Source of the DNA: Thermodesulfobacteriota bacterium
GTDB lineage: Bacteria; Desulfobacterota; Binatia; Bin18
Length of the DNA: 64,000 bases
Assembly (NCBI GenBank): GCA_964291405.2
Contig: OZ219926.1
Coordinates: forward strand, 2,624,001-2,688,000
Reading direction: 5' to 3'
The notes under the pieces are model-generated. The model was given only the letters and a program-made list of their open reading frames with translations. It ran no database searches and had not been told where the DNA came from. Below are positions 9,712-19,550 of the stretch, in pieces. A program made the translations under genes and the position numbers. How positions within the stretch are numbered: the stretch's first letter is position 1; each line of letters opens with the position of its first letter.

Positions 9712-10593
9712 TCACACCCCCCGCGCTCGGTCCACAATCGGTGCCACGCGGTCGAGCCATTCGTGTGCTTTTCCATCGGCGATCTCGGTGCCCATCTGTT
9801 GGTTGAACACCACGACGCCGTCCACGCCGGCCTCCTGATAGCGCTTCAGCGTATCAACGGACAGGTTGCCGTTGTCCGGATCGATAATAGGGGTCACCGG
9901 CACGCTGTCGGGGTCACGGCCCGCCTCTGTGGCGAGCTTTCGGAGTTCTTCGATCTCGGCTCCCAGCGCCTGTGGACTCCAGGCCAGTGGAAACCAGCCA
10001 TCGTAGGAACGCGCGACACGTTCCAGGGCTTTGGGACCGTGCGCACCGAGTAAGACCGGCGGGCCGTTTTGCTGGATCGGTTTGGGCTCGCAGCGAACCG
10101 CCGGGAACTGGACCAGTTCCCCGTCATAGCCGGCCTCGGTCTGCGTCCACAGCAGCCGCATGGCCTCGACGGTCTCGCGCAGGCGTCGCCAGCGCAGACG
10201 AAAGGAGATCCCCATGATCTCGGTTTCTTCGCGCAGCCACCCACCGCCAATGCCCAGGATCACCCGGCCGTTGGAATATAAATCAAGGCTGGCCACCACC
10301 TTGGCCGTCATTAACGGGTCGCGTTCGGGCAGCAGACAAATCCCGGTGCCGAGCTTGATACGGTTCGTCACCCCGGCCGCCACGGTCAGCGCAATAAACG
10401 GATCGGCCCAACGATTATAGTGCTCTGGCAGAACGCCATCGTCCGCTCCAGGAAACGGCGTGGTATGCCCAACCGGGATCACCGGGTGTTCAGGAATCCA
10501 TAGGGACGCAAACCCCAGCGCCTCCGCCCTGCGGGCCACCGCGCTCAGGTCTCCGCTCTCCGCCGTCGCTGTCACCAGTACGCCAATGTCCAT
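9712..10593 (-). CDS. LLM-class (probably F420-dependent) oxidoreductase
   Basis: AEALGFASLWIPEH, DPFIAL, IKLGTGICL, GIGGGW..EE; start at MDIGV after RBS. Confidence 0.88.
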   Translation of the reverse strand: MDIGVLVTATAESGDLSAVARRAEALGFASLWIPEHPVIPVGHTTPFPGADDGVLPEHYNRWADPFIALTVAAGVTNRIKLGTGICLLPERDPLMTAKVVASLDLYSNGRVILGIGGGWLREETEIMGISFRLRWRRLRETVEAMRLLWTQTEAGYDGELVQFPAVRCEPKPIQQNGPPVLLGAHGPKALERVARSYDGWFPLAWSPQALGAEIEELRKLATEAGRDPDSVPVTPIIDPDNGNLSVDTLKRYQEAGVDGVVVFNQQMGTEIADGKAHEWLDRVAPIVDRARGV

Positions 10594-10776
10594 GATCCCC
10601 TCCTTAAATAAGATGCGCCTCAAAACACCATATTCCCCACCCCCGGACAAGCCTTTCCTTGACAGGGTTCTCACGCTCCAGATAGCTTTGCACGCTATGC
10701 AGCGACACGGCCCCTTCGCCCTTTTTATATTCTCTTTCCTGTGTAGCGTTTCCTCTGTAGTGAGGAGCGCGGCCCA

Positions 10777-12060
10777 TTGAGTAGCTCCCCGTCCACACCC
10801 TCAGCAGCGACAATCGAAAAGACCGAGAAGACCCTTTTTGGTTGTTCCCTGCCCTATGCCTTCCGGGCGCTCGGCCACCGGAACTTTCGCCTCTTTTTTG
10901 TCGGTCAGTTTGTCTCCCGGACCGGATTCTGGATGCAGAACATGGCCCAGGCCTGGCTGATCTATCGGCTGACCGAGTCCTCCCTGATGCTCGGGCTGGT
11001 CGCCTTTGCCGGTCAGGTGCCGACCCTCCTGTTCGGGCTGCTGGCCGGGGTCGTTGCCGACCGCTTCAACCGCTACCGGGTCATTCTGATTGCCCTCTGG
11101 CTCGCCATGTTGCAGGCCTTCGTGCTGGGGGTTCTCACTATGAGTGAGTGGATTACCGCCTGGCAGGTCTTTGTCCTCGCCTTGGTTGCCGGCACGATTC
11201 AGGCATTCGAGATGCCCGCCCGACAGAGTTTTCTGATGGAGATCGTGGGTAAAGACGACCTGTCGAGCGCGATTGCCCTCAACTCCACCCTGGTCAACGG
11301 GGCCCGGATTCTCGGTCCGGCCCTGGCCGGGCTGCTGGTTGCCCAGTTTGGCGAGGGCGTATGCTTCACCTTTAACGGCTGCACCTTCCTGGCCATTATC
11401 GGGGGCTTTCTCGCCATGCGGCTCCCCCCCAGAGTGGTTGAGCCGCACCCCGCGCAATCAACCACCACCTTTATTGGGGAAGGTATCCGTTATGCCTTGC
11501 ATACCCCGGCGATCCGGCTGTTGTTGATTCTGGTCAGCATGATCAGCCTGCTCAGCACCCCGTACACTGTGCTGATGCCGATCTTTGCTGGCGATATTTT
11601 AGACAGTGGGCCGAACGGCATGGGGTTGTTAATGGGTTCGGCTGGTGCAGGAGCCGTGGTGGGCGCCCTGCTGATGGCCCGTCACCAGGGCACGGAACAG
11701 CTCGGTCGGGTCATGGCCTTTGCCTTTATTCGGTTTGGCCTTGGCCTCATCCTGTTCTCCCTGTCCCACAACTTCTGGCTGTCCATGCTCGTCCTGCCGC
11801 TTGTCGGCTCCGGCATCATGGTTCCCATGGCCGCCACCAACACCCTGCTTCAGACCTTATCGCCGGACCATCTGCGCGGTCGGATCATGAGCCTGTTCTT
11901 CATCATGTTTATGGGTGCGCCACCCCTGAGCAGTCTATTGGCGGGTTTTCTCGCCCCCATCATCGGTGCCCCGCTGGCGGTCGGCGGCACGGGCGGTTTG
12001 TGTCTGCTCGTGGCGGCCTATGTCTTCCTGAAGCTGCACGTGCTGCTGTTCACGATATAA
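10777..12060 (+). CDS. MFS transporter
   Basis: FRALGHRNFRLFF, AGVVADRFNR motif A, about 12 hydrophobic segments; TTG start uncertain. Confidence 0.9.
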   Translation: MSSSPSTPSAATIEKTEKTLFGCSLPYAFRALGHRNFRLFFVGQFVSRTGFWMQNMAQAWLIYRLTESSLMLGLVAFAGQVPTLLFGLLAGVVADRFNRYRVILIALWLAMLQAFVLGVLTMSEWITAWQVFVLALVAGTIQAFEMPARQSFLMEIVGKDDLSSAIALNSTLVNGARILGPALAGLLVAQFGEGVCFTFNGCTFLAIIGGFLAMRLPPRVVEPHPAQSTTTFIGEGIRYALHTPAIRLLLILVSMISLLSTPYTVLMPIFAGDILDSGPNGMGLLMGSAGAGAVVGALLMARHQGTEQLGRVMAFAFIRFGLGLILFSLSHNFWLSMLVLPLVGSGIMVPMAATNTLLQTLSPDHLRGRIMSLFFIMFMGAPPLSSLLAGFLAPIIGAPLAVGGTGGLCLLVAAYVFLKLHVLLFTI

Positions 12061-12947
12061 ATGCCGACACACACGCCGGCCACGCCAAGCAATTGGACCA
12101 CCCCCATGTGTTCACTCAGCAACAGCCAGCCGAAGAGCACGGCAAACACCGGGGTGAGAAATGTCAGCGAGGCGACGCGCGTGGGGGAATGCCGCTGAAT
12201 CAACCAGGCGTAAGCCACGAACCCGAAGGCCGCGGAAATCGCACTCAAATAAACGATGGAGACGATTACGCGGGTCGAGAGGAGAAACGGCTGATCCGCC
12301 TCAAACATCCAGGAGAAGAGGGTCAGGATGGGCCAGGTGATCCAGGTCTGCCAACACACCAGCGCAACGGGATGAACCCGTCCGGCGACGCGCTTGGTGA
12401 TAATGCCGGAGATACCAATCGTCAGGGCCGAACTGAGAACAATGGCGTCGCCTATAAGCGCATCGCTCAGGCCGCCGCTGAACTTGGCCGAGAAGAGGAC
12501 AACGATACCGCTAAAAGTAACCGCCAGGCCGCAGACCTTGCGGGCCGTCAGGCGGTCTCCAGGCAGGAAGAAGGGCGCCAGCAGGGCAATAAAAATAGGC
12601 TGGGCGCTAAAAAACACGGCCGAGCGGCCTGAGGTCGTAAGCGCCGTCCCTATATAGACCGCCATATTGCCGTAGCAGAACAGCAGACCCAGCAGGCCCA
12701 ATATCTTGAGTTCACTCCAGCCAAAGCGGAGTTGCACCCGCTGATACCAGGCCAGGGCCAGAAGCATGACGGCCGTCACACCGAACCGGAGGGCCGCGGC
12801 CCCAAGGGGCGGCATATCAAAGATCCCGACCTTGATCGCTACGAACGCCCCGCCCCAGATCGCGCTCAGCAGCGCCGTCAGCGCGATCGCAGACAACTCC
12901 AGCGGCCGGTCGTCCGTGTGCGGACTCGGTCCGGAGGACGCGCTCAC
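12018..12947 (-). CDS. DMT/EamA family transporter
   Basis: IWGGAFVAIK, two EamA-like halves, LTPVFAVLFGWLLLSE. Confidence 0.9.
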   Translation of the reverse strand: MSASSGPSPHTDDRPLELSAIALTALLSAIWGGAFVAIKVGIFDMPPLGAAALRFGVTAVMLLALAWYQRVQLRFGWSELKILGLLGLLFCYGNMAVYIGTALTTSGRSAVFFSAQPIFIALLAPFFLPGDRLTARKVCGLAVTFSGIVVLFSAKFSGGLSDALIGDAIVLSSALTIGISGIITKRVAGRVHPVALVCWQTWITWPILTLFSWMFEADQPFLLSTRVIVSIVYLSAISAAFGFVAYAWLIQRHSPTRVASLTFLTPVFAVLFGWLLLSEHMGVVQLLGVAGVCVGIYIVNSSTCSFRKT

Positions 12948-13384
12948 GACCGCTCTTCTCGCTCCACAAAATGGATCAGCACGCCGCCGGTGCTCTTGGG
13001 ATGAATAAAGGCGACTTTGGAGCCGCGCGCGCCTGGGCGGCCCTTCTCGTCAAGAACGCGCAAGCCTTTGGCCTTGACCTCCTGAATGGCAGCGTCAATA
13101 TCGTCCACCCGCACAGCAATATGATGAATGCCCTCCCCCCGTTTTGCTATCCAGCGCGAGATGTCGCGCTGATCCGTCACCTTGTCGCCCAACTCCGGCA
13201 GACGGTCCTGCAAAAACTCGAAGTCGGCCTCACCAATCCTGGCAAAGGCAATCCGTAAGCCCTCATACGGATCGGCCTCCTCAAAGTCGTGGATTTCCAG
13301 CCCCAGGATGTCCCCAAAAACGCGGAGATAGGTATCCAGATCTTTTACTGCCACACCAATGTGATCGATTTGACGGATATTCAT
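12944..13384 (-). CDS. VOC-family protein resembling methylmalonyl-CoA epimerase
   Basis: IDHIGVAV, RGEGIHHIAVRVDDI, AFIHPKSTGGVL; the last metal-ligand position reads His instead of Glu. Confidence 0.8.
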   Translation of the reverse strand: MNIRQIDHIGVAVKDLDTYLRVFGDILGLEIHDFEEADPYEGLRIAFARIGEADFEFLQDRLPELGDKVTDQRDISRWIAKRGEGIHHIAVRVDDIDAAIQEVKAKGLRVLDEKGRPGARGSKVAFIHPKSTGGVLIHFVEREERS

Positions 13385-13392
13385 GCGATCTC

Positions 13393-14853
13393 CTAAATGT
13401 CATCGAGGGGAAAGACCGGTCGCCGGATTTTTTCATACGGCAAACGCGCATGCACCTGGGTTGCCCGCCCCGGCGTGTCCACGTCAATAAAGGTACTGGC
13501 GATACCGGCAAAGCCGGCACGGTGCTGTAGCTCGGACTTCACCGCCAGGATTTTCCGTTGGGTCGGTTCAATGCCAAGACTGCGGAAATGGTTGGCCTCA
13601 AAGCCGTGAGTCGGACGCGAGGTCAAAATAACCTCAACTCCGCTGCAATCCATCACTGCCGTTACTCCGCGTCGGTATGTGCCCGCATTAAACGCGGTCG
13701 CTGCGGTATAGACCCCATCCTGAATGACGCGTACCCGGCCACTGATTTCAACAGGTGCTCCGTGGAAGGCGTCCACCTTGCCGCCCACACTGAGGGTGAC
13801 ATTTTTGCCAATACCGGCCCGGACGGCTTCCTGTACGGCCGCCGGATCGGTAATATTTCCGACCACCGCCCTCTGGGCATTTTGTCTGAGCAATTCCGCC
13901 AGCAAGGCGGTTCCATCACCCGGTGTGCCTGCGCCGCCACTGTCGGCCAGGTCCCCAAGCACGACCAAGCCGTCCTCCGCTTCAATGGCCGCTCGCACGC
14001 CCTCCTCCACGGGAACCATGTCGGTGTGAAACGCGTGTCGCTTGGCCCAGCAGGCTTCCTTCATGCGCTCGGCAATGTCGTGCGCCAGGGCTGGCTCGTT
14101 GTTGGTGGTCACCGTCACATTGAGGCCGGTCTCGGGCGTGTCGGCACAAAAGAACCCGCCCAGCAAGGATATATCAAGCACGCGGGGATCACGTCCCAGA
14201 GTAGCCGCCTGCCGCATCAGCGCCTCCATGGGCCAGCCGGGGGCGATATAGAGTTTTTGCAGGGCCGGGGCCATGGCCGGTTGAGCCCAGGCACTGGTCG
14301 GCGTGATATTCCCGTCAAACATGCCGGCCATGACCCGAGCCGCCTGTTCGCCGCCGGGGAAAAAATCATAGTGCGGGTTGGTTTTCACACCAATCAGCAT
14401 ACAGGCCTGCTCGACCATCAGCGGAGTAGTATTGGAATGGCCATCCAAGGTCGCCAGGATGGGTACCTTGTCTCCCAGAAACTCCCGGAGCGTCCTGAGC
14501 AAATCGCCCTCGCAGTCATCGCACTCGTCTGACACGGCCGTGCCGTGCAGTTGGAGAAACACGCCGTCCACCGGAGGATTCTTGCGCAAAAGATCGAGAA
14601 AACCGGCTTTGGCCGCTTCATGCGCTTCCGTCGTCACCTTGCCCCCAACGCCGGGCACTACAAACTGAAGCGGAACAATATCCCAGTGGTACTGCCGGGC
14701 TCCGTGCAGAAAGCCGGCAATCGAGCCCTGAGCGCCGCCCACCCGCAGCACTCGCTCTCCGCTCAGCGTTGCCCGCTGAAACAGATCCAGCCCCATCTTC
14801 TGGGTCGCAAAGGTATTCACGGCGACCAGATATCCACCAACGGCTACCCGCAT
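13393..14853 (-). CDS. M81 family metallopeptidase (MlrC-like)
   Basis: DGVFLQLHG...DCEGDLL, TLDGHSN, NPHYD, DLADSGGAGTPGDGT, AVKSELQHRAGF. Confidence 0.88.
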   Translation of the reverse strand: MRVAVGGYLVAVNTFATQKMGLDLFQRATLSGERVLRVGGAQGSIAGFLHGARQYHWDIVPLQFVVPGVGGKVTTEAHEAAKAGFLDLLRKNPPVDGVFLQLHGTAVSDECDDCEGDLLRTLREFLGDKVPILATLDGHSNTTPLMVEQACMLIGVKTNPHYDFFPGGEQAARVMAGMFDGNITPTSAWAQPAMAPALQKLYIAPGWPMEALMRQAATLGRDPRVLDISLLGGFFCADTPETGLNVTVTTNNEPALAHDIAERMKEACWAKRHAFHTDMVPVEEGVRAAIEAEDGLVVLGDLADSGGAGTPGDGTALLAELLRQNAQRAVVGNITDPAAVQEAVRAGIGKNVTLSVGGKVDAFHGAPVEISGRVRVIQDGVYTAATAFNAGTYRRGVTAVMDCSGVEVILTSRPTHGFEANHFRSLGIEPTQRKILAVKSELQHRAGFAGIASTFIDVDTPGRATQVHARLPYEKIRRPVFPLDDI

Positions 14854-14866
14854 ATATGACCTTCCT

Positions 14867-15238
14867 TTAATTCAACTCTCCCAGCCAGCTCCGAATCTCG
14901 TCCTCGATGCTGGTGATCGAGTTCCACGTCACAAAATCCGGTCGACCCGTCGGGCGTTGGCGTTTGATATAGCGCACCCGGGTGTTGTCTTGCATCAGGT
15001 CGAGCCGAGGGCCGACCGGACAACTCGACATACACGTCGCCTCGCGGACTTCCGTCACCCCTTCGAGCTGCCGTTCAGCCACGAGTTTCTGCACTGCGGC
15101 CAACAGCGTGAGCCCGGTATGGATACCCGGCGCAGTCTCGGCACTGCGGACCTTGACCTCAACCGTTCTGTTCGTACACTTGGTCTTGGTACAGATATGA
15201 ATTTCGAGTTTTCCCACCCGCGTCCCAACTCGTCTCAC
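14867..15238 (-). CDS. Thioredoxin-like (2Fe-2S) ferredoxin domain protein
   Basis: IHICTKTKC ... ATCMSSCPVGP cysteine pattern; start uncertain. Confidence 0.65.
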   Translation of the reverse strand: MRRVGTRVGKLEIHICTKTKCTNRTVEVKVRSAETAPGIHTGLTLLAAVQKLVAERQLEGVTEVREATCMSSCPVGPRLDLMQDNTRVRYIKRQRPTGRPDFVTWNSITSIEDEIRSWLGELN

Positions 15239-15336
15239 GCGCTTCTCATGCGTTTTTTGGCTTCGCCTACAAAGACACAGGCACGGCGCAAATACAAGAG
15301 GCGCTGTAGCGAACGCATAGGAAAGGCGGAGTACCT

Positions 15337-16317
15337 ATGAACGATGCACTTGGCAGGCTTGAACGTGTTGACCTGCGTAAAATCTGGCCCGACGAGGCGC
15401 AAGACTTCACGCCGTGGTTGGCGAAGAAAGAAAACCTAGCTCTTCTGGACGAAACCCTAGGACTCGAACTGGAACTGGAAGAGACCGAACAAAGCGTTGG
15501 GGCGTTCAGCGCGGACATCGTATGTCGTGATGCCGCCAGTGAATCCCTGGTTCTTATCGAGAATCAAATCGAACCGACGAATCATACCCACTTAGGGCAG
15601 ACGCTCACCTACGCAGCCGGATTGGACGCCGTCACGATCATTTGGATTGCCTCCAAATTCCGCGACGAGCATCGAGCGATGCTCGACTGGCTGAACGAAA
15701 AGACCGAGGCGCAACTCTCGTTTTTTGCCCTTGAAATCGAACTGTGGAGAATCGGTAATTCTGCGCCGGCCCCCAAGTTCAACATTGTAGCCAGACCGAA
15801 CGATTGGACTGCCCGCATGTCTCGATCTGTACGGCAGGACTCATCCCCAGTCAAATTACAATACGAACGATTCTGGGAGGCGTTAAGCGTCCAGATGCTG
15901 AGCAGCAACCGACCACCGAAGCCGCAGTCACCACGACCACAAAACTGGACGGATTTCGGCATCGGCCGGACGGATTTCGTATTAAGAGCGTCCAGAAGCC
16001 ACCAGAAAGGGCAACTGCAAGTCGTCCTGTGCATGAAAGGGCCAAACTCCCGTGCCCATTTCAAGTTGTTAGAGGAACAACGTGCAACGCTCGAATCGGC
16101 AATCGGAAGCTCTATCGATTGGACTGAACGACCACCAGGCAAAGAGTGTATACTTGCCTTGAGCAAAACGGGCGTTGACCCAACTGACGAAAATGACTGG
16201 GCCGACCAGGTCAATTGGACGCGTGACACGATTCACAGATTCTACGACGTGTTCTATCCAATCATTGAGAAATTGGACGCCTCAGACTGGAATACGGAAC
16301 CCGACGAATCTTCTTGA
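15337..16317 (+). CDS. DUF4268-domain protein with N-terminal NucS-like PD-(D/E)XK fold
   Basis: WPDEAQDFTPWL, SADIV...LIENQ, HLGQTLTYAAG; YERFW..L start of DUF4268. Confidence 0.8.
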   Translation: MNDALGRLERVDLRKIWPDEAQDFTPWLAKKENLALLDETLGLELELEETEQSVGAFSADIVCRDAASESLVLIENQIEPTNHTHLGQTLTYAAGLDAVTIIWIASKFRDEHRAMLDWLNEKTEAQLSFFALEIELWRIGNSAPAPKFNIVARPNDWTARMSRSVRQDSSPVKLQYERFWEALSVQMLSSNRPPKPQSPRPQNWTDFGIGRTDFVLRASRSHQKGQLQVVLCMKGPNSRAHFKLLEEQRATLESAIGSSIDWTERPPGKECILALSKTGVDPTDENDWADQVNWTRDTIHRFYDVFYPIIEKLDASDWNTEPDESS

Positions 16318-16344
16318 AAACGTAGAAAGAAAAAAGGCAAGCCC

Positions 16345-17463
16345 ATGCATCCAGACGACATCAAAGAATATCGCCGCCGGCACGTCCCCGTCTTTAATGA
16401 CAATAAGATGAAGCTGGGTATTTTTGGTCAGAACTGTAGCTATGGCTGTACCATCACCCATGCCGAGTCCACCTTTGAGCCCACCTACGAACATAGTGTA
16501 CTGATTTCCCGGCAGGCCGATGACTTGGGATTCGAACTCCTGGTGCCCGTCGGACGCTGGAAGGGCTTTGGCGGGAGCACCGATTTTAACGGGACCTGCA
16601 TGGAGACCTATACCTGGGCCACGGCCATGGCCACCCAGACCAAAAACATCATGCTCTTCTCCACCTCGCACGTCCCGACCATTCATCCGATTATGGCCGC
16701 CAAGCAGGGCGCAACGATTGACCACATTTCCCATGGGCGCTGGGGCCTGAACATCGTGTGCGGCTGGTTCTCGCCGGAGATGGAAATGTTTGCGGCCAAA
16801 CAGATGGAACACGACGAGCGCTACCGGTACGCCGGCGAGTGGCTCCAGGTCATTAAGCGCCTATGGACCGAGCAGAATTTTGATCACGCAGGCGAGTTCT
16901 TCCAGGTCAAAGACGGCTATCTGCTGCCCAAGCCGATCCAACAGCCCTATCCGGCTTTGATTAACGCCGGCTTCTCTCCCGCCGGCCAAAACTTCTCCGC
17001 GCGTGAGGTGGATTTTAATTTTATCCAGGTCGATACCCTGGAGCACGGCAAAGAGGTCGTCGCGGATGTGAAAAAACAGGCCAATGCCTATGGGCGAGAG
17101 ATAGGCATGATGTCCTACGGTTTTGTCGTCTGCCGCGACACGGAAAAAGAAGCCAAACAGGCCTATAATTATGTCGTTGAAAACGGGGACTGGGCCGCGG
17201 CCCGCAATATCCTGAACCTGCTTGGCGTTGAGAGTCAGTCGTTTAGCGAAGCAACCCTCACCCAGTTTGCCGAACGCTTTATTGCCGGTTGGGGCGGCTA
17301 TCCCCTGGTCGGCACGCCGGAACAGGTCGTCGATGAAATGGTCAAGCTGGCCGGTACCGGTATCGAAGGGCTGATTGTCTCCTGGCTGGATTATAACGAA
17401 GAGCTGAAATATTTCGGCGAGCGCGTCATGCCGCTGATGCGCCAGGCAGGGTTACGAGGGTAA
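16345..17463 (+). CDS. LLM-class flavin-dependent monooxygenase (RutA/SfnG-like)
   Basis: NKMKLGIF, PVGRWKGFGG, TIDHISHGRWGLNIVCGW, EHDERY, PLVGTPEQV. Confidence 0.88.
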   Translation: MHPDDIKEYRRRHVPVFNDNKMKLGIFGQNCSYGCTITHAESTFEPTYEHSVLISRQADDLGFELLVPVGRWKGFGGSTDFNGTCMETYTWATAMATQTKNIMLFSTSHVPTIHPIMAAKQGATIDHISHGRWGLNIVCGWFSPEMEMFAAKQMEHDERYRYAGEWLQVIKRLWTEQNFDHAGEFFQVKDGYLLPKPIQQPYPALINAGFSPAGQNFSAREVDFNFIQVDTLEHGKEVVADVKKQANAYGREIGMMSYGFVVCRDTEKEAKQAYNYVVENGDWAAARNILNLLGVESQSFSEATLTQFAERFIAGWGGYPLVGTPEQVVDEMVKLAGTGIEGLIVSWLDYNEELKYFGERVMPLMRQAGLRG

Positions 17464-17594
17464 ATGTTTTTTCTCCTGTCCGCCTGGAGAATCTCCGCTC
17501 GTATTTATCGGATGCTACGCTGTTCCCTCTCGGCTACAGAATTTTCGTCTCCCTTCATTGCCCCTCCCCTCCCTTCGACAGTACAATAACGGCC

Positions 17595-18419
17595 ATGCCA
17601 CAGGCAAAACCGGACCTGACATACGAGTCCTACCTCCGCCTGCCGGAACTGCTCAGCCTCCAGACGCTTCAGTCCAACCCACCCGCTCACGATGAACTCC
17701 AGTTCATCATTGTCCACCAAAGCTATGAACTCTGGTTTCGGTTGCTGCTGTACGAAGTCCGCACCATCATTGGCCATCTGCGGGCCGGACGGGTACGACA
17801 GGCGATTTGGCTGATACGGCGACTCATTGAGATCGAGCGAGTGATGATCCAGCAGGTCCAGGTACTGGAAACCATGTCGCCGGCGCACTTTCTTGAGTTT
17901 CGCGATTTGCTCAGACCGGCCAGCGGCTTGCAGTCCTTACAGTTTCGAGAGCTCGAATTCCTGTCCGGCCTCCGAGACGAACGCTTCTTTGAAGTGTTCG
18001 CCGGGAGCGAGGCTTCCCGGCAGCGGCTTCAGGCGGCCTATGACGACCCCAACCTGTGGAGCACTTTTTGTGAACTCTTACACAGCCGTGGCTTTGAGAC
18101 GGATACGGTGGAGCAACAGGAGCAGGCGGTCGAGCACATCTATACCGACCCCCGGTATTTGGATCTGCACCAGCTGTGTGAGGTCATGGTCGAATATGAC
18201 GAACAGTTTTGTATCTGGCGCTCCCGTCACGCCTTAATGGCCGAACGCATGGTTGGCGCAAAGCCCGGTACGGGAGACGCATACACCGGAAAACTTGTCG
18301 GTCGCGCGTCCTTCCAAGCTCCAGGCGTCCGCTATCTTCAGGGACGGATCAGCGTCCGTTTCTTCCCTATTCTCTGGGGTGTCAGAACTCAACTCGGCGG
18401 AGGGCCGTATGATACATGA
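17595..18419 (+). CDS. kynA: Tryptophan 2,3-dioxygenase
   Basis: TYESYLRLPELLSLQ, HDELQFIIVHQSYELWF, ASGLQSLQFRELE, WRSRH...ERMVGAKPGTG. Confidence 0.93.
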   Translation: MPQAKPDLTYESYLRLPELLSLQTLQSNPPAHDELQFIIVHQSYELWFRLLLYEVRTIIGHLRAGRVRQAIWLIRRLIEIERVMIQQVQVLETMSPAHFLEFRDLLRPASGLQSLQFRELEFLSGLRDERFFEVFAGSEASRQRLQAAYDDPNLWSTFCELLHSRGFETDTVEQQEQAVEHIYTDPRYLDLHQLCEVMVEYDEQFCIWRSRHALMAERMVGAKPGTGDAYTGKLVGRASFQAPGVRYLQGRISVRFFPILWGVRTQLGGGPYDT

Positions 18420-19548
18420 TCTATCCCGCTGGCGGACGGCGTTTCCCATCCTCGAAACCTCAACCTATCTGATTTCCCATTCCATGGGCGCAATGCCTAG
18501 GGCCACGACGGACCGGCTAAACGAGTATGCCGCAAGCTGGCAGCAGGAAGGGAGTGCGGTGTGGGACCGCTGGATGGGATTTTTCGAGGAAACCGCCGGA
18601 CTTCTTGGCCGGTTTCTCAACGCCGAGCCGAATAGCGTAGTCATGCACCAGAATGTGTCCGCCCTGTTTAACGCCGCGCTGTCCTGTTTTGACTTCGGTG
18701 GCAAGCGCAATAAAATTCTGTACGCCGAACTGACCTTTCCCACTCTGCGCTATAATATTCAGTCCCGAGCCAGGTACGGCGCCCGGCCCGTGATGATCCC
18801 TTCTCCAGACGGCATTCGACAACCAGCCGAACGTTTTATCGAGGCCATTGGCGACGAGACGCTGCTGCTGGTCCTGGACCACGGTCTCTACCGTTCCGGC
18901 GCCTTGATCGATATTGCTCCCATTGTTCAGGCCGCTCATGCGCGTGGCGCCCAGGTTATTGTCGATGCCTATCAAACCGTTGGGACTGTCCCAATCGATG
19001 TGCAGGCCTGGCAGGCCGACTTTGTGGTCGGCGGGTCACATAAATGGTTATGTGGCGGACCGGGCGCGGCCTATCTGTACGTCCGTCCGGACCAACTGCT
19101 GTCACGCCACCCTGTGATGACCGGCTGGTTTTCGCAGGAGCAGCCCTTTGCCTTTGGCGATGATATTGACTACGCCCACAGCGCGCGGCGCTTTCTGGGC
19201 GGCACGCCCGGCATGTCAGCCATCTATGCCGCCCGCTCCGGCTACGAGATTCTTCTTGAGGTGGGCGTGGAAAAGATTCGGCAACGTAATATCGAGTTAT
19301 GCCAGCGCTTGATCGACGGCGCACGTTCCCGCGGTCTTCACATCAATACGCCTCCGGACGCCCAGGAACGCGGCGGCCTGGTGTGTATCGACTTCGACGG
19401 TGCGGCCCAAGCCGAAGCGCAACTTGTCGCCCGGCGGGTCTTTGTCGATTACCGCCCGCGCTGTGGTCTTCGTATTTCGCCTCATTTTTACACCACGGAA
19501 GACGAAATTGACCGCCTGTTTGAGGAGCTTGACGCGATCCGCACCTAA
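18409..19548 (+). CDS. kynU: Kynureninase-like class V PLP enzyme
   Basis: YLISHSMGAMP, DAYQTVG, GGSHKWLCGGPG, TGWFS; overlaps the kynA stop; start at MIHDL. Confidence 0.8.
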   Translation: MIHDLSRWRTAFPILETSTYLISHSMGAMPRATTDRLNEYAASWQQEGSAVWDRWMGFFEETAGLLGRFLNAEPNSVVMHQNVSALFNAALSCFDFGGKRNKILYAELTFPTLRYNIQSRARYGARPVMIPSPDGIRQPAERFIEAIGDETLLLVLDHGLYRSGALIDIAPIVQAAHARGAQVIVDAYQTVGTVPIDVQAWQADFVVGGSHKWLCGGPGAAYLYVRPDQLLSRHPVMTGWFSQEQPFAFGDDIDYAHSARRFLGGTPGMSAIYAARSGYEILLEVGVEKIRQRNIELCQRLIDGARSRGLHINTPPDAQERGGLVCIDFDGAAQAEAQLVARRVFVDYRPRCGLRISPHFYTTEDEIDRLFEELDAIRT

Positions 19549-19550
19549 AC

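Noticed and set aside
10697-10780. Phe-rich 27-codon ORF overlapping the MFS start, a possible leader peptide
   Set aside because: No RBS or attenuator structure seen; the Phe content is explained by a pyrimidine-rich intergenic tract
12018-12060. 43-bp convergent overlap of the MFS and EamA 3' ends
   Set aside because: Short tail-to-tail overlaps are common in compact GC-rich genomes
13558-14532. Long antisense ORFs (also 30959-31924, 42313-43185, 48450-49457, 53089-53991)
   Set aside because: Shadow ORFs opposite well-supported genes, expected from high-GC codon bias, with no motifs
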